Part shown: piece after piece, positions 1 through 9,656 of the stretch
Layout of the letters: every line of letters begins with the position of its first letter
Position numbering within the stretch: position 1 is the stretch's first letter
Source of the DNA: an uncultured Gammaproteobacteria bacterium
GTDB taxonomy: Bacteria; Patescibacteriota; Microgenomatia; PFEM01; DATLAM01
Length of the DNA: 64,000 bases
Direction of reading: 5' to 3'
Assembly: GCA_964566925.1 (NCBI GenBank)
Contig: CAZMIZ010000001.1
Coordinates: forward strand, 71,248 to 135,247
Made by a program: the position numbers and the translations under genes
Notes under the pieces: generated by a model
Seen by the model: only the letters and a program-made list of their open reading frames with translations
Database searches by the model: none
Told to the model about the DNA's origin: nothing

Positions 1-336
1 AACTTTAATTCTATCTCCAGGTTTAAAAACATCGCCTGCTTTGACCAGATCACCAACTTTTAATTGGGTCTCTTGGTCAAGCCGAACCTCTCTCAAAAAA
101 CGGGGAGCCATTTTTAGCTTGGCTCCCTTGATGTGTCCTTTAAGCGGTTTTCCAATCTTAGTAAGTTTCTTCTCGCCCCACCCAAGTTGAATTGCATCAT
201 AGCCGTCCTTGTCGAGAGTTTTAACCTGGACTACCGGACAAGGCCCGGCCACAACTCGGGTCACAGGAATATCCTTCCCGTCCTGGGTGTACTTTCGGGA
301 AATCCCTAATTTAGTACCAAGAATCACTTTTACCAT
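1..336 (-). CDS. rplC: 50S ribosomal protein L3, N-terminal part (runs off left edge; absent from ORF track)
   Basis: Manual translation from ATG at 336: MVKVILGTKLGISRKYTQDGKDIPVTRVVAGPCPVVQVKTLDKDGYDAIQLG...LREVR, typical L3 motifs. Confidence 0.95.
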   Translation of the reverse strand, partial: MVKVILGTKLGISRKYTQDGKDIPVTRVVAGPCPVVQVKTLDKDGYDAIQLGWGEKKLTKIGKPLKGHIKGAKLKMAPRFLREVRLDQETQLKVGDLVKAGDVFKPGDRIKV

Positions 337-346
337 CTTTGCCACG

Positions 347-370
347 AAAAAAAGTGCCGGAGGCACTCTT
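347..370 (-). terminator. Intrinsic terminator-like hairpin in the rplC leader
   Basis: Minus strand AAGAGTGCC-TCC-GGCAC-TTTTTTT, ending 10 nt before the rplC ATG. Confidence 0.65.
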
Positions 371-435
371 AGCTTCCTTAACCGCTAAGCTAAAATTATT
401 TCAATTAGGTGTTAGCCTCACCTCCATTGCCTATT

Positions 436-464
436 ATTATAGAAAAAATCAGCTAAAAATGCAA
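436..464 (-). promoter_or_regulatory. Sigma70-type promoter for the rplC operon
   Basis: TTGCAT (464-459) - 17 bp - TATAAT (441-436). Confidence 0.8.
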
Positions 465-468
465 ATTT
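451..468. repeat. 18-bp direct repeat, left copy (AGCTAAAAATGCAAATTT)
   Basis: Identical to 4658-4675; overlaps the rplC -35 element. Confidence 0.85.
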
Positions 469-492
469 AGGAGAAATTGTGGATAACTAAAC

Positions 493-978
493 TTATGTTT
501 TGCTTCCTGCGTCGCTAACTCCCCATAAAGATTTTAATTCGTTGGCAAAAGGGGCAGATTCCTTAATCCTTCCACCTTCCCCTGGCTCTATCTGCTCAAG
601 GATCCAGTTGCGGGCATCCCTGACTGCTACTCCAGCCTGATCCAAACCTCTAGCTGAAAAGCCCCAATCAGTGGCTAAAAATGAAGCCAGGTCTCCTCCA
701 ACTCTCTTTTGTAAAGGAGAAAGAATTTTAGTCTCATATTCTTCTTTGGCCTTCTCTTCTATATCAAGCCCCTCACTTTTCTCTCCCCATTCCCTCTCAG
801 CTGTGGTTATCAACCAAGAAGTGGCTTGTTTAGGAGACCAGTAAGCTTCTGATAGTCTCCCTTTTTCCTTGAGACCATTAACAATTAACCGAACTAAAGC
901 CAAATTTATGTATGCCTTAATTGCTTTCTGCTCTTTCCCGGCTGTTTCGGCTAGTTCTTTTAAATTTCCCTCAGTCAT
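493..978 (-). CDS. Hypothetical protein (161 aa)
   Basis: ORF with an upstream TTGACT-17-TAAAAT promoter; no recognised motif. Confidence 0.6.
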   Translation of the reverse strand: MTEGNLKELAETAGKEQKAIKAYINLALVRLIVNGLKEKGRLSEAYWSPKQATSWLITTAEREWGEKSEGLDIEEKAKEEYETKILSPLQKRVGGDLASFLATDWGFSARGLDQAGVAVRDARNWILEQIEPGEGGRIKESAPFANELKSLWGVSDAGSKT

Positions 979-1178
979 TTTTATATCTGACTAAAATAAA
1001 TTATTAAGTTCTCTACTTTTAATTTTAATCAGGATTCTTCCTATAGTCAAATTCCTAAAAAGAATAGTCAACTCCCAACATGGTTGCTTGACAGATAACC
1101 TCTCAAGAGCTTACTCTAATAGAGAGGTGGTCTGCCCTAAGTGCCAAAAACCCAATTGAGGAGATTTAATAGACAAAA

Positions 1179-1694
1179 GTGATAAACAAGACTGAAGTTA
1201 TTTATGAAATTATAAATTTCGGCCAGGTTCCTGTGGGCCAAGTATTAAGAGAGGACTTCTTCACCCTTCTCATCGCCACTTCCCTCCTTCTTATCGGGAA
1301 TCTCGTTGGATCAGGGAAAAAAGGCATCAAAAAGTTCTTCTCTTCAAAAAAGTGGGCTCTATTTAATTTCCTCTTTTGTCTCAGCTGCATAATTATTTTA
1401 TTCGTGTCTATGGGCTATTTTAGTTATTTGAGAGATATTATTGAGGGTTATCCTACTAAGGAGGTGGAGGGTTGGGTGACTGGAAAAACAATTACAGTTT
1501 GTGGTTCTGTCAATTGCGGCGGAGACTGGGTCACAGTTAATGGTCAAAAAATTCGTATTAAAGATAAAGAGTTATTTGAAAAGATCAATTGTGGTGATAG
1601 GCTTTATGTAAAATATACTAAATACTTTAAAGCCCCAGTAAAAATTATTCGCCTTGGAAAATCTAATAATGAAATAGAAGGGGCTTGTCAATGA
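1179..1694 (+). CDS. Hypothetical membrane protein: 2 TM helices plus a C-terminal beta (OB-like) domain
   Basis: Hydrophobic segments followed by EVEGWVTGK...GDRLYVKY. Confidence 0.65.
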   Translation: MINKTEVIYEIINFGQVPVGQVLREDFFTLLIATSLLLIGNLVGSGKKGIKKFFSSKKWALFNFLFCLSCIIILFVSMGYFSYLRDIIEGYPTKEVEGWVTGKTITVCGSVNCGGDWVTVNGQKIRIKDKELFEKINCGDRLYVKYTKYFKAPVKIIRLGKSNNEIEGACQ

Positions 1695-1695
1695 A

Positions 1696-2151
1696 ATGTC
1701 CAAGCTTAATTTAAAATCTCTTCTTCAGAAAAAGGGGGTGTGGGCAGGAATTATTCTTTTGTCTTTCATTTTGTTTGGGGGCGGAATTATTACTACTTTG
1801 CTGTTTCTCGTCGCCATCCTCTTTCTTTCTCCTTTCGTCAGGAAAATGTTTTTCAACCCCCTTAACCTATTAATCCTACCTTATGGAATTCTCCTAATAA
1901 GATCTCTTTACAGACAAAATTCAGTCTTGGTTTTTATGAATATTAGAAATGCTGTCTTTTCGATATCGATAGTTTTTCTATTAATAGAAGGAATAATTTT
2001 ATTGCTGATGAAAAGTAAAATAAAAGAAAACCATCTGTCTCACTCTGGGGTAATTTTTCTTGGTAGACTGATCTTTTTAACAATACTGGTAATTGTTTTC
2101 ACCAATTATTCTTGGGCAATGACAATTCTCTTGGCAAACCTTTGCAAATAA
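1696..2151 (+). CDS. Hypothetical multi-pass membrane protein
   Basis: 151-aa hydrophobic ORF starting 1 nt after the upstream stop. Confidence 0.65.
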   Translation: MSKLNLKSLLQKKGVWAGIILLSFILFGGGIITTLLFLVAILFLSPFVRKMFFNPLNLLILPYGILLIRSLYRQNSVLVFMNIRNAVFSISIVFLLIEGIILLLMKSKIKENHLSHSGVIFLGRLIFLTILVIVFTNYSWAMTILLANLCK

Positions 2152-2231
2152 TACGATAGAGTTTATACTTTGAGATAAAATAACCAAGGTCGGTGTGATA
2201 AAATTGTGGGAATAGTGGTAATCAGAAAAAA

Positions 2232-2663
2232 ATGAAGAACAAAACAAAAAAGGAAAGAATCCGGGCAATCATCCTCTTCTCCCTCATTATTATAATTCCC
2301 TCAATCGTTACAAAAAACATCATCGGATATCCCCATTCAACTTTTGAATGCCCAGAGGGATGGATTTGTGATCCTGTTTTAATAAGTCCTTCGGTCTACG
2401 CTCTTGCTTCTGCCCCTGCCTTGCTCAAACTTCAGGTTTTTTTCTCGTTCTTGGCAGGTTTTCTCCTCCTGAAACTTATAACAGAAGCTAAATTAAAAGA
2501 CGTGATTGGCACAATCATCCTGGGTGTTGTCTTCACTTTTATCACTGATCTTGTTGACTATCTTTTATACCTTACCGTCGCCCTTATAATTTGTATTCCC
2601 TTTGGCTTTATGGGAGGGTACCTCGGGAGGAAGATGAGAGGGGGTGAAAGCACAGTAAAATGA
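2232..2663 (+). CDS. Hypothetical membrane protein with a CPEGWIC loop
   Basis: About 4 TM segments; stop overlaps the next ATG. Confidence 0.65.
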   Translation: MKNKTKKERIRAIILFSLIIIIPSIVTKNIIGYPHSTFECPEGWICDPVLISPSVYALASAPALLKLQVFFSFLAGFLLLKLITEAKLKDVIGTIILGVVFTFITDLVDYLLYLTVALIICIPFGFMGGYLGRKMRGGESTVK

Positions 2664-2866
2664 AATTTTTCAAAAAATTAGATACGGTTCGACGCCTCTA
2701 TCTATTCATCCTTATCGCGGGAATAATCGTAGGATTAGACGGATTTTTGCAGTTTTCTGGAGTTGGTTCTCTAGGAATTTTGAGGCTTTTGGCTAATCTG
2801 GCTTGGCCAATCATGTTAATTTTGGGATTTTTTGCTTTAGTTTTACAGAAAAGAAAGAAAGCCTAA
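2660..2866 (+). CDS. Small 2-TM membrane protein
   Basis: 68 aa, ATGA overlap with the upstream gene, basic termini. Confidence 0.6.
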   Translation: MKFFKKLDTVRRLYLFILIAGIIVGLDGFLQFSGVGSLGILRLLANLAWPIMLILGFFALVLQKRKKA

Positions 2867-2920
2867 CGTGCTCAAGGAAGTTTAAAGACAATATTGCAGG
2901 AAGATGATTTTGTTAAGGAA

Positions 2921-3172
2921 ATGACAAATTTAAGAGATTATTTCCTTTTCTGGTTAATAGCTGTTTTCTTTCTTTTAGCGCCATTTATCTTGGCTTCCGC
3001 AATTCTTTGGATGAGAAGCAAGGTCTTCAAGAAAACCAATCCCAGCCAACAACAGATAATTAAACTGGGACTAACTATTCTCCTTGTCTATATTTTATAT
3101 GCTCTTTGGAAAGTTTTTGGAGGTTTTAAATTTTTGGATGGATTAAGATCAACCCCACCACATTGGCCTTAA
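2921..3172 (+). CDS. Small 2-TM membrane protein
   Basis: ATG at 2921 after AAGGAA; two hydrophobic helices. Confidence 0.6.
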   Translation: MTNLRDYFLFWLIAVFFLLAPFILASAILWMRSKVFKKTNPSQQQIIKLGLTILLVYILYALWKVFGGFKFLDGLRSTPPHWP

Positions 3173-3244
3173 AAAGGCTTATAAAATAACCTTTTTAATC
3201 TGAGGGGGAACACGAAGAGAAAAATTATTATATAATAAAAGTCA

Positions 3245-3910
3245 ATGAAAATAGTCGATTATTTCCGCCAGGGATTCAAGCTCGCTAATCGTAACTTGAT
3301 CATTCTTATAATCAGCGTGTTTGGCCTGATACCCAGTCTTTTTAATTCCCTCTTAGAAAGATTTAGTCTTGGTGGAAATCCAATATTAATGTTGCTTGAA
3401 ATAATCATTTATGGGTTGTTAATAATTTTCACCATTGGCTATCTAGGAGTGCCCATCGCCTTTTTAAGAGACTCCCTCGTCAATGGGAAGTTTGAATGGG
3501 CAAATCTTCAAGCTTATTTTAGACGTTTCTCTTGGCCAATTTTTACTCTTTTAATCGCAGCCGCTCTTCTCTATTTAATTCTTAGTCTGCCTTTCCTTGC
3601 TCTAAATCTTCTCCCGCTCGGCAATTCCCTGTTAGCACCAATAATGATGTTTATGCCGATAATTATCGTTCTAGAGGAGGTAGGTCTAAAAGAAGCGCTT
3701 GGCAAGTTTCTAAAATTCATCAGTTTTTCCAAAAAAGATTTTCTTTTTTTCTATTTAATCCAGGCTGGATATTTCCTTTTGTTTTGGATCATCCAGCCAA
3801 GGTTTCCAGAAACTATTATTTTCCTTAGGATTATCAGCTTCTATATTGGCTTTATCTTTTTAGCAACCGGAATAGTTTTTTACAACGATTATTTAAAAGA
3901 GGGGGTATAA
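3245..3910 (+). CDS. Hypothetical ~6-TM membrane protein
   Basis: 221-aa hydrophobic ORF; TATAAT 8 nt upstream. Confidence 0.7.
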   Translation: MKIVDYFRQGFKLANRNLIILIISVFGLIPSLFNSLLERFSLGGNPILMLLEIIIYGLLIIFTIGYLGVPIAFLRDSLVNGKFEWANLQAYFRRFSWPIFTLLIAAALLYLILSLPFLALNLLPLGNSLLAPIMMFMPIIIVLEEVGLKEALGKFLKFISFSKKDFLFFYLIQAGYFLLFWIIQPRFPETIIFLRIISFYIGFIFLATGIVFYNDYLKEGV

Positions 3911-3942
3911 TTAACCTGCTCAAGAAAATTTGGAAGATTAAA

Positions 3943-4593
3943 ATGATAAGTACGCCAAATCTCGACACTCAAAAGGTTGATCAAGAAAACGAAAAGAAGC
4001 CCAAAAAATGGGCCACTCTTGTCTTGTTAATAGCCCTAACTATTTCTTTGGGGATAAACGGTCTTTTTGCCTATCAAAACAGCCAGCTCCAAAAAGAAAA
4101 CAAAATATCAAGTTTAAATGTAGCGGAACTTGAGCAAAAAGTTAATGAATTGAAAGAAAAAAATGGCTTGTTAGGAATAGATATCGCCCGACCCTACAAT
4201 CCTATAAATAACCGCTTCTTCGGTTCTAGCCAAGAGCCGAAAACGACGGGCGATTACAACATCTGGGTAGGAGAAATAGAGATAGGAGATTTCTGTGCGG
4301 TAAAAATTTATGTAAAAAATAAAGGGGATGGAATATTAACAATCAATGCGAATGATTTTTATATGATTGCTGATGGCAATCAGGTAGAACAGGCTTCTAA
4401 CGCCACTGCACCTCGGTTTCCCAATGAAAAAGTTGAACTTTACCCAGGATATGAGATGCAAGGATACCTCACTTTCAAAATAGAGGCTTCACCAGAAATA
4501 CTTGAATTAAAATTCCAACCTGACGATTTAAACTTAGAATCAGTCATTCTCGAGGTATATGACTCGAGTAAAATCCCTGAGGCTGGAGAATAG
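3943..4593 (+). CDS. Membrane-anchored protein with coiled coil and DUF4352-like Ig domain
   Basis: TM, heptad stretch, then VKIYVKNKG...NANDF...LYPGYEMQGYLTF pattern. Confidence 0.6.
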   Translation: MISTPNLDTQKVDQENEKKPKKWATLVLLIALTISLGINGLFAYQNSQLQKENKISSLNVAELEQKVNELKEKNGLLGIDIARPYNPINNRFFGSSQEPKTTGDYNIWVGEIEIGDFCAVKIYVKNKGDGILTINANDFYMIADGNQVEQASNATAPRFPNEKVELYPGYEMQGYLTFKIEASPEILELKFQPDDLNLESVILEVYDSSKIPEAGE

Positions 4594-4657
4594 TCGTCTC
4601 TGAAGTATCCGAGAGACTTCTAGGTCAAATAATTTAGCCCTCCAAATAACTTCTAGG

Positions 4658-4675
4658 AGCTAAAAATGCAAATTT
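4658..4675. repeat. 18-bp direct repeat, right copy
   Basis: Identical to 451-468. Confidence 0.85.
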
Positions 4676-4719
4676 TTGATTCTTTGAAGGGTATCGCCTT
4701 AATATAGCCAAAAAGAGGT

Positions 4720-4749
4720 TTACATCTTAATCTCAATGTCCACACCGGC
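4720..4749 (-). repeat. Duplicate of the rpsJ 3' end (encodes AGVDIEIKM*)
   Basis: 25/30 identical to 4837-4866; all 5 differences are at third codon positions and synonymous. Confidence 0.85.
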
Positions 4750-4836
4750 CCCAGTATAGTCTTCCCACTCGCCTTTTCAGTATTATCCATACACGGCTCG
4801 TGGCGCGACCTTACGGGGCAATCGGCGTTGATGATT

Positions 4837-5145
4837 CTACATTTTAATTTCAATGTCAACGCCGGCTGGAAGCTCGAGGTGCATCAGAGAGTCAATCGTC
4901 TTCTCAGTTGGCTCTAAGATATCAATTAAACGCTTATGGGTTAAAATTTGAAAGTGCTCTCGGGCGTTTTTATCTACATGAGGAGAAGTGGTGACGGCAA
5001 TCAACTTTCTTCTGGTAGGTAAGGGCACGGGACCAACTACTTTAGCTCCAGTTACTAAAGCTGTTTCTAAAATCTTTTCGCAACTCTCATCAATAATCCG
5101 ATGATCGTATGATTTTAAACGTACTCTTATTCTACCCTTCGGCAT
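4837..5145 (-). CDS. rpsJ: 30S ribosomal protein S10
   Basis: [35 protein letters not shown]. Confidence 0.98.
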   Translation of the reverse strand: MPKGRIRVRLKSYDHRIIDESCEKILETALVTGAKVVGPVPLPTRRKLIAVTTSPHVDKNAREHFQILTHKRLIDILEPTEKTIDSLMHLELPAGVDIEIKM

Positions 5146-5147
5146 CT

Positions 5148-6338
5148 TTATGCCTTAATTTTAGAGATCGCTCCCGCGCCGACGGTATGGCCCCCTTCTC
5201 GAATAGCAAAACGCAATCCCTCTTCGAGAGCCACCGGTTGAATAAGCTTGACGGCCATCTTGGCATTATCGCCAGGCATAACCATCTCCACTCCCTTAGG
5301 CAGAGTGACCTCGCCGGTTACGTCCGTGGTTTGGATATAAAACTGGGGTTTATATCCAGAGAAAAAGGGAGTGTGGCGCCCGCCTTCTTCCTTAGTCAAA
5401 ATATAAACCTCGGCCTCAAACTCCGTGTGAGCGGTGACCGAACCAGGCTTAGCTAAAACCTGGCCTCTCTCCACGTCGGTCTTTTCAACTCCGCGAAGGA
5501 GAACGCCAATATTATCACCGGCTTGACCCTCATCTAGGGTTTTGCGGAACATCTCCACCCCGGTAACGACTGTTTTTTTAGACTCCTTAAGGCCGACAAT
5601 CTCCACCGTGTCGTTAACTTTGACTTTACCCCGGGTAATCCGGCCGGTAACCACCGTCCCTCGGCCCTTGATTGAGAAAACATCCTCAACCGGCATCAGG
5701 AAAGGTTTATCAATATCCCTCTTAGGTGTGGGAACATATTCATCCACTTTATCCATTAGCTCTAAAATCGCCTTTTCCGCTTCCTTATCGCCCTCCAAAG
5801 CTTTGAGAGCGGAGCCGCGGATAACCGGGATTTTATCCCCTGGGAACTTATATTTGGTCAAAAGCTCCCTGATTTCCACCTCAACCAGGTCAATTAATTC
5901 CTTATCGGCAACCGCGTCAACTTTGTTGATAAAGACGACAATCGCCGGGACGTTCACCTGACGGGCTAAAAGAATGTGCTCGCGGGTTTGCGGCATTGGC
6001 CCGTCATCCGCTGCCACTACTAAGATTGCCCCATCCATTTGGGCCGCCCCGGTAATCATGTTTTTGATATAGTCCTTATGACCCGGACAGTCAATGTGGG
6101 CATAGTGGCGCTTCTTTGTTTCGTATTCAATATGAGTAATCGCAATCGTTAGCCCGCGCTCTTTTTCTTCTGGAGCGTTGTCGATCTCTTCGAATTTATA
6201 AAACTTCTCGCTGGTACCAGCGTCGGTAAGCACTTTGGTGATGGCGCTACTCAGCGTTGTTTTACCGTGATCAACATGGCCAATGGTGCCAATGTTAACG
6301 TGAGGTTTAGTTCTTTTAAAAACTTTTTTGTCTGCCAT
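5148..6338 (-). CDS. tuf: Elongation factor Tu
   Basis: [28 protein letters not shown]. Confidence 0.99.
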   Translation of the reverse strand: MADKKVFKRTKPHVNIGTIGHVDHGKTTLSSAITKVLTDAGTSEKFYKFEEIDNAPEEKERGLTIAITHIEYETKKRHYAHIDCPGHKDYIKNMITGAAQMDGAILVVAADDGPMPQTREHILLARQVNVPAIVVFINKVDAVADKELIDLVEVEIRELLTKYKFPGDKIPVIRGSALKALEGDKEAEKAILELMDKVDEYVPTPKRDIDKPFLMPVEDVFSIKGRGTVVTGRITRGKVKVNDTVEIVGLKESKKTVVTGVEMFRKTLDEGQAGDNIGVLLRGVEKTDVERGQVLAKPGSVTAHTEFEAEVYILTKEEGGRHTPFFSGYKPQFYIQTTDVTGEVTLPKGVEMVMPGDNAKMAVKLIQPVALEEGLRFAIREGGHTVGAGAISKIKA

Positions 6339-6397
6339 AATGTCCTCCTTTTGGCTGGCTTAAACTCTACCTATTTTAATCGAAAGTTGTCAAGATT

Positions 6398-8500
6398 TCA
6401 AGCCCTAGTCTTTTTGCCGGTCCGGCTAGCAATTTTTTCAGCAATATTGACCGGCACTTCTTCATAATGAGAGGGCTCCATATAAAAACTAGCTCGCCCC
6501 TGACTAATACTCCGGAGAGTGGTCGCATAACCAGGAATTTCGGCTAAAGGAACTAGGGCGGTAATTACCCTGACTTTACCCCGCATCTCGCTTCCTAAAA
6601 TTTGGGATCTTTTGGAAGAAAGGTCACCAATAATGTCCCCCATAAACTCTTCCGGGGTCGTCACCTCAATCTTCATAATTGGCTCCAAAAGCGTGGGGGT
6701 CGCCTTCTTAACCGCCTCTTGAAGGGCGGCACTCCCAGCAATTTTAAAAGCAATATCTGAAGAATCTACTTCGTGGAAAGTCCCATCATAAACCGCTACT
6801 TTCATGTCCACTAAAGGATAGCCGGCCAAAACTCCGTTCTCCATTGCTTCCTTGACTCCTTTTTCAATGGCCGGAATATATTCAGAGGGAATCGCCCCTC
6901 CTCTAATTTCAGAGACAAATTCAAAACCTTCTCCTCTAGGTTTGGGCTCAACCCTCAAGAAACAGTGGCCATACTGACCCCGGCCGCCAGACTGACGGAT
7001 ATATTTTCCCTCAGCCGTGGTCGTCCCTTTAATCGTCTCTTTATAAGCTACTTGAGGCTGGCCAGTGCTGGCCTGAACATTGAACTCCCGCTTCATCCGA
7101 TCAGCTAAAATCTCTAAATGAAGCTCGCCCATACCGGAGATAATTGTTTGACCGGTTTCCGGATTGGATTTGATTTTAAAGGTCGGGTCCTCTTCAGAAA
7201 GTTTATGAAGAGCCGCTCCTAATTTTTCTTGATCGGCTCGAGTCTTGGGTTCAATCGCTAAGGAAATCACCGGGTCGGGAAAGGTAATTGATTCAAGAAT
7301 GATAGGGCGATCTTTGTCGCAAAGGGTATCACCAGTAGTCGTTCCTTTTAAGCCAACAACGGCGACAATCTCGCCGGCAACCGCCTCTTTAATTTCTTCT
7401 CTTTTATCAGCATGCATCAGGAGTAATCGACCAGCTCTTTCCGGCTTTTTTCGGGTGGCATTATAGAGAGTCTCGCCTGATTTAAGAACACCTGAGTAAA
7501 CCCGGATATAAGTTAGTCGGCCCACATGAGGATCGGTTTGGATTTTAAACGCTAGAGAGGCAAAGGGTTCTTTAGGATCAGTCTTTCGCTCTTCCTCTTG
7601 GCCAGTTTTCGGATTAACACCCTTGATTGGTGGCAAATCAAGCGGATGGGGTAAATAGTCTACAACCGCATCAAGAATTAGATCGACAATGGCTGTCCGG
7701 TTGTCACCTGCCAAAATCGGGAAAAATTTACCAGTAATCGTCCCTGCCCGAATAGCTCTTTTGATTTCCTCCTCGGACAGCTCACCGTCGCCAAGATATT
7801 TCTCTAAGGTTTGATCATCAAATTCGGCCACTTTTTCAATCAACTCTTCTCGATATTTTTTGACATCTTTTTCCATCTCTTTAGGAATTGGCGCTTCTTT
7901 GAGTTTTTTTCCTTCCTTATCGCTGTAAACATAGGCTTTACGCGTAACTAAATCCACGGTTCCTTTCAGATCGTATTCATTCCCGATTGGAAGTTGGATA
8001 GGAACAGCGTTTGGGCTCAGGCGTTCCTGAACCGATTTAAGACTACCAAAAAAGTCACCGCCAATAAGGTTCAGCTTATTAAAACTACAAATTCGAGGCA
8101 CATGGTAACGATCGGCTTGATGCCAAACCGTTTCTGATTGAGCCTCAACACCAGTCCTGCCATCAAAAACCATCACCGCACCATCAAGAACGCGCAATGA
8201 TCGCTCGACTTCCGCCGTGAAATCAATATGACCTGGTGTGTCAATGATATTAATCCGATGCTTCTTCCAAAAAGCAGTAATGGCTGCCGAAACAATCGTA
8301 ATCCCCCGCTCTCTTTCCTGCTCCATCCAGTCAGTTACCGTTGTTCCCTCATCCACGGTGCCGATTTTGTAGGTTTTTCCGGTTTCAAAAAGCATCCGCT
8401 CGGTGGTGGTTGTTTTCCCGGCATCAATATGGGCAATAATGCCGATGTTGCGGACTTTCTCAATCGGAACTTCTCGTTCAGTTTTAGTTTTTTCTGCCAT
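6398..8500 (-). CDS. fusA: Elongation factor G
   Basis: [32 protein letters not shown]; str-operon position. Confidence 0.98.
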   Translation of the reverse strand: MAEKTKTEREVPIEKVRNIGIIAHIDAGKTTTTERMLFETGKTYKIGTVDEGTTVTDWMEQERERGITIVSAAITAFWKKHRINIIDTPGHIDFTAEVERSLRVLDGAVMVFDGRTGVEAQSETVWHQADRYHVPRICSFNKLNLIGGDFFGSLKSVQERLSPNAVPIQLPIGNEYDLKGTVDLVTRKAYVYSDKEGKKLKEAPIPKEMEKDVKKYREELIEKVAEFDDQTLEKYLGDGELSEEEIKRAIRAGTITGKFFPILAGDNRTAIVDLILDAVVDYLPHPLDLPPIKGVNPKTGQEEERKTDPKEPFASLAFKIQTDPHVGRLTYIRVYSGVLKSGETLYNATRKKPERAGRLLLMHADKREEIKEAVAGEIVAVVGLKGTTTGDTLCDKDRPIILESITFPDPVISLAIEPKTRADQEKLGAALHKLSEEDPTFKIKSNPETGQTIISGMGELHLEILADRMKREFNVQASTGQPQVAYKETIKGTTTAEGKYIRQSGGRGQYGHCFLRVEPKPRGEGFEFVSEIRGGAIPSEYIPAIEKGVKEAMENGVLAGYPLVDMKVAVYDGTFHEVDSSDIAFKIAGSAALQEAVKKATPTLLEPIMKIEVTTPEEFMGDIIGDLSSKRSQILGSEMRGKVRVITALVPLAEIPGYATTLRSISQGRASFYMEPSHYEEVPVNIAEKIASRTGKKTRA

Positions 8501-8600
8501 ATTTTTATTCTACCAATTTTAGACAAAACAAAAAACCGCCTCTGTCAAGAAGCAGCTTGCTTCAGGAACAATTTTACCAAAACCTCCTCGACAATTCAAA

Positions 8601-9080
8601 CTACCACCTAAAGTGGGCAAAAGCTTTGTTCGCTTCGGCCATCCGCTGAGTATCTTCTTTTTTCTTGATCGCTCCGCCTGTGTTCTGGGAGGCATCCAAA
8701 AGTTCCGCCGCCAGTTTTTCTGCAAAGGTGCGGTATTCCTTGTTTGACCTGGCTTTGGCGGCAAAGATCAACCAGCGAATTGCTAAAGATTCCCGACGAT
8801 CCCCTTTAACTGGCATAGGGACTTGATAAGAGGCCCCTCCAACCCGCCGAGGCCGAACTTCCATGCCTGGCTTAATATTCTCCACTGCCTGACGAAAGAC
8901 TTCTAGGGGCTCTTTGTTTGTCTTCTCTTTAATCAGCTCAAAAGATTGATAAACCTGTTTTTGGGCAACCTTTTTCTTGCCTCGCTGCATCACCCGATTA
9001 ATCAAGCGGGCAACCAACTGATCTTGATAAACTGGATCAGGTAATAAAATTCTTTTTTTAACTCTGCCTGCTCTGGGCAT
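8601..9080 (-). CDS. rpsG: 30S ribosomal protein S7
   Basis: [24 protein letters not shown]. Confidence 0.98.
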   Translation of the reverse strand: MPRAGRVKKRILLPDPVYQDQLVARLINRVMQRGKKKVAQKQVYQSFELIKEKTNKEPLEVFRQAVENIKPGMEVRPRRVGGASYQVPMPVKGDRRESLAIRWLIFAAKARSNKEYRTFAEKLAAELLDASQNTGGAIKKKEDTQRMAEANKAFAHFRW

Positions 9081-9590
9081 TTATTTTTTCTCCTCAGATT
9101 CTTTCTTGGGCTCTTTTTCGGCTTCTGTTTCTGTTTTTGTCTCTTTTCCCTCAGTTACCACTCCAGCTGCTGGAGCAGCGACGCCGCCCTTCTTGGTCCC
9201 ATATTTAGAGCGGGAACTCTTTCTCCCGCCCACACCAGTAGTATCGTAGCGTCCCCGAACAATCGTATATTTAATTCCTGGTAAATCCTTAACTCTTCCC
9301 CCGCGAACAAGAACAATTGCGTGTTCCGCTAATTCGTGGCCTTCGCCGGGAATATAAGCGGTTACTTCCTGCTTGTTTGAAAGCCTTACCCTGGCTACTT
9401 TTCGCAGGGCTGAATTAGGCTTTTTAGGAGGAATTGTTTTAACTACCGTGACCACACCCCGTTTTAAGGGATTAATCGTTTTCATCATCCGTCGCGTCCG
9501 ACTATTAAAACTCCGGCGTAACGCCGCCACCTTAACTCTTTTTTTCGGCCTCTTTCGGCCTTTTCTGACTAATTGAGAAATCCTTGGCAT
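9081..9590 (-). CDS. rpsL: 30S ribosomal protein S12 with a charged C-terminal extension
   Basis: [24 protein letters not shown]. Confidence 0.98.
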   Translation of the reverse strand: MPRISQLVRKGRKRPKKRVKVAALRRSFNSRTRRMMKTINPLKRGVVTVVKTIPPKKPNSALRKVARVRLSNKQEVTAYIPGEGHELAEHAIVLVRGGRVKDLPGIKYTIVRGRYDTTGVGGRKSSRSKYGTKKGGVAAPAAGVVTEGKETKTETEAEKEPKKESEEKK

Positions 9591-9656
9591 ATCCGTTTGA
9601 TTTTATCAAAATTAAGCCTATTCCACAAGAAACAAAGTTCTCGCGAAGCGAGGTTT

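Larger units (their letters stand above)
451..4675. mobile_element. Genomic islet between rpsJ and rplC, bounded by 18-bp direct repeats; no integrase
   Basis: Perfect flanking direct repeat, interrupts the normally contiguous rpsJ-rplC order, AT-rich hypothetical genes mostly on the opposite strand. Confidence 0.6.

Noticed and set aside
400-435. Fluoride riboswitch (GGCAATGGAG start)
   Set aside because: Downstream pseudoknot partner and conserved 3' motif are not present; context is rplC
1013-1030. Third degenerate copy of the rpsJ 3' end
   Set aside because: AT-rich match, better explained as the -10 region of the promoter for ORF 493-978
2861-2890. Integron attC site (GCCTAAC...GTT)
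   Set aside because: Too short, lacks L boxes and extended palindrome, and there is no intI in the window
4750-4836. Group II intron domain V or ribozyme (GAGCCGTGT on minus strand)
   Set aside because: The complementary 3' arm of domain V and the other domains are absent
4653-4859. 68-aa ORF overlapping the rpsJ end
   Set aside because: Off-frame reading of the duplicated rpsJ tail and spacer; no start signal or motif
4720-4866. DGR template/variable repeat pair
   Set aside because: Differences are not confined to adenines (C/T, T/G), are all synonymous, and there is no reverse transcriptase in the window
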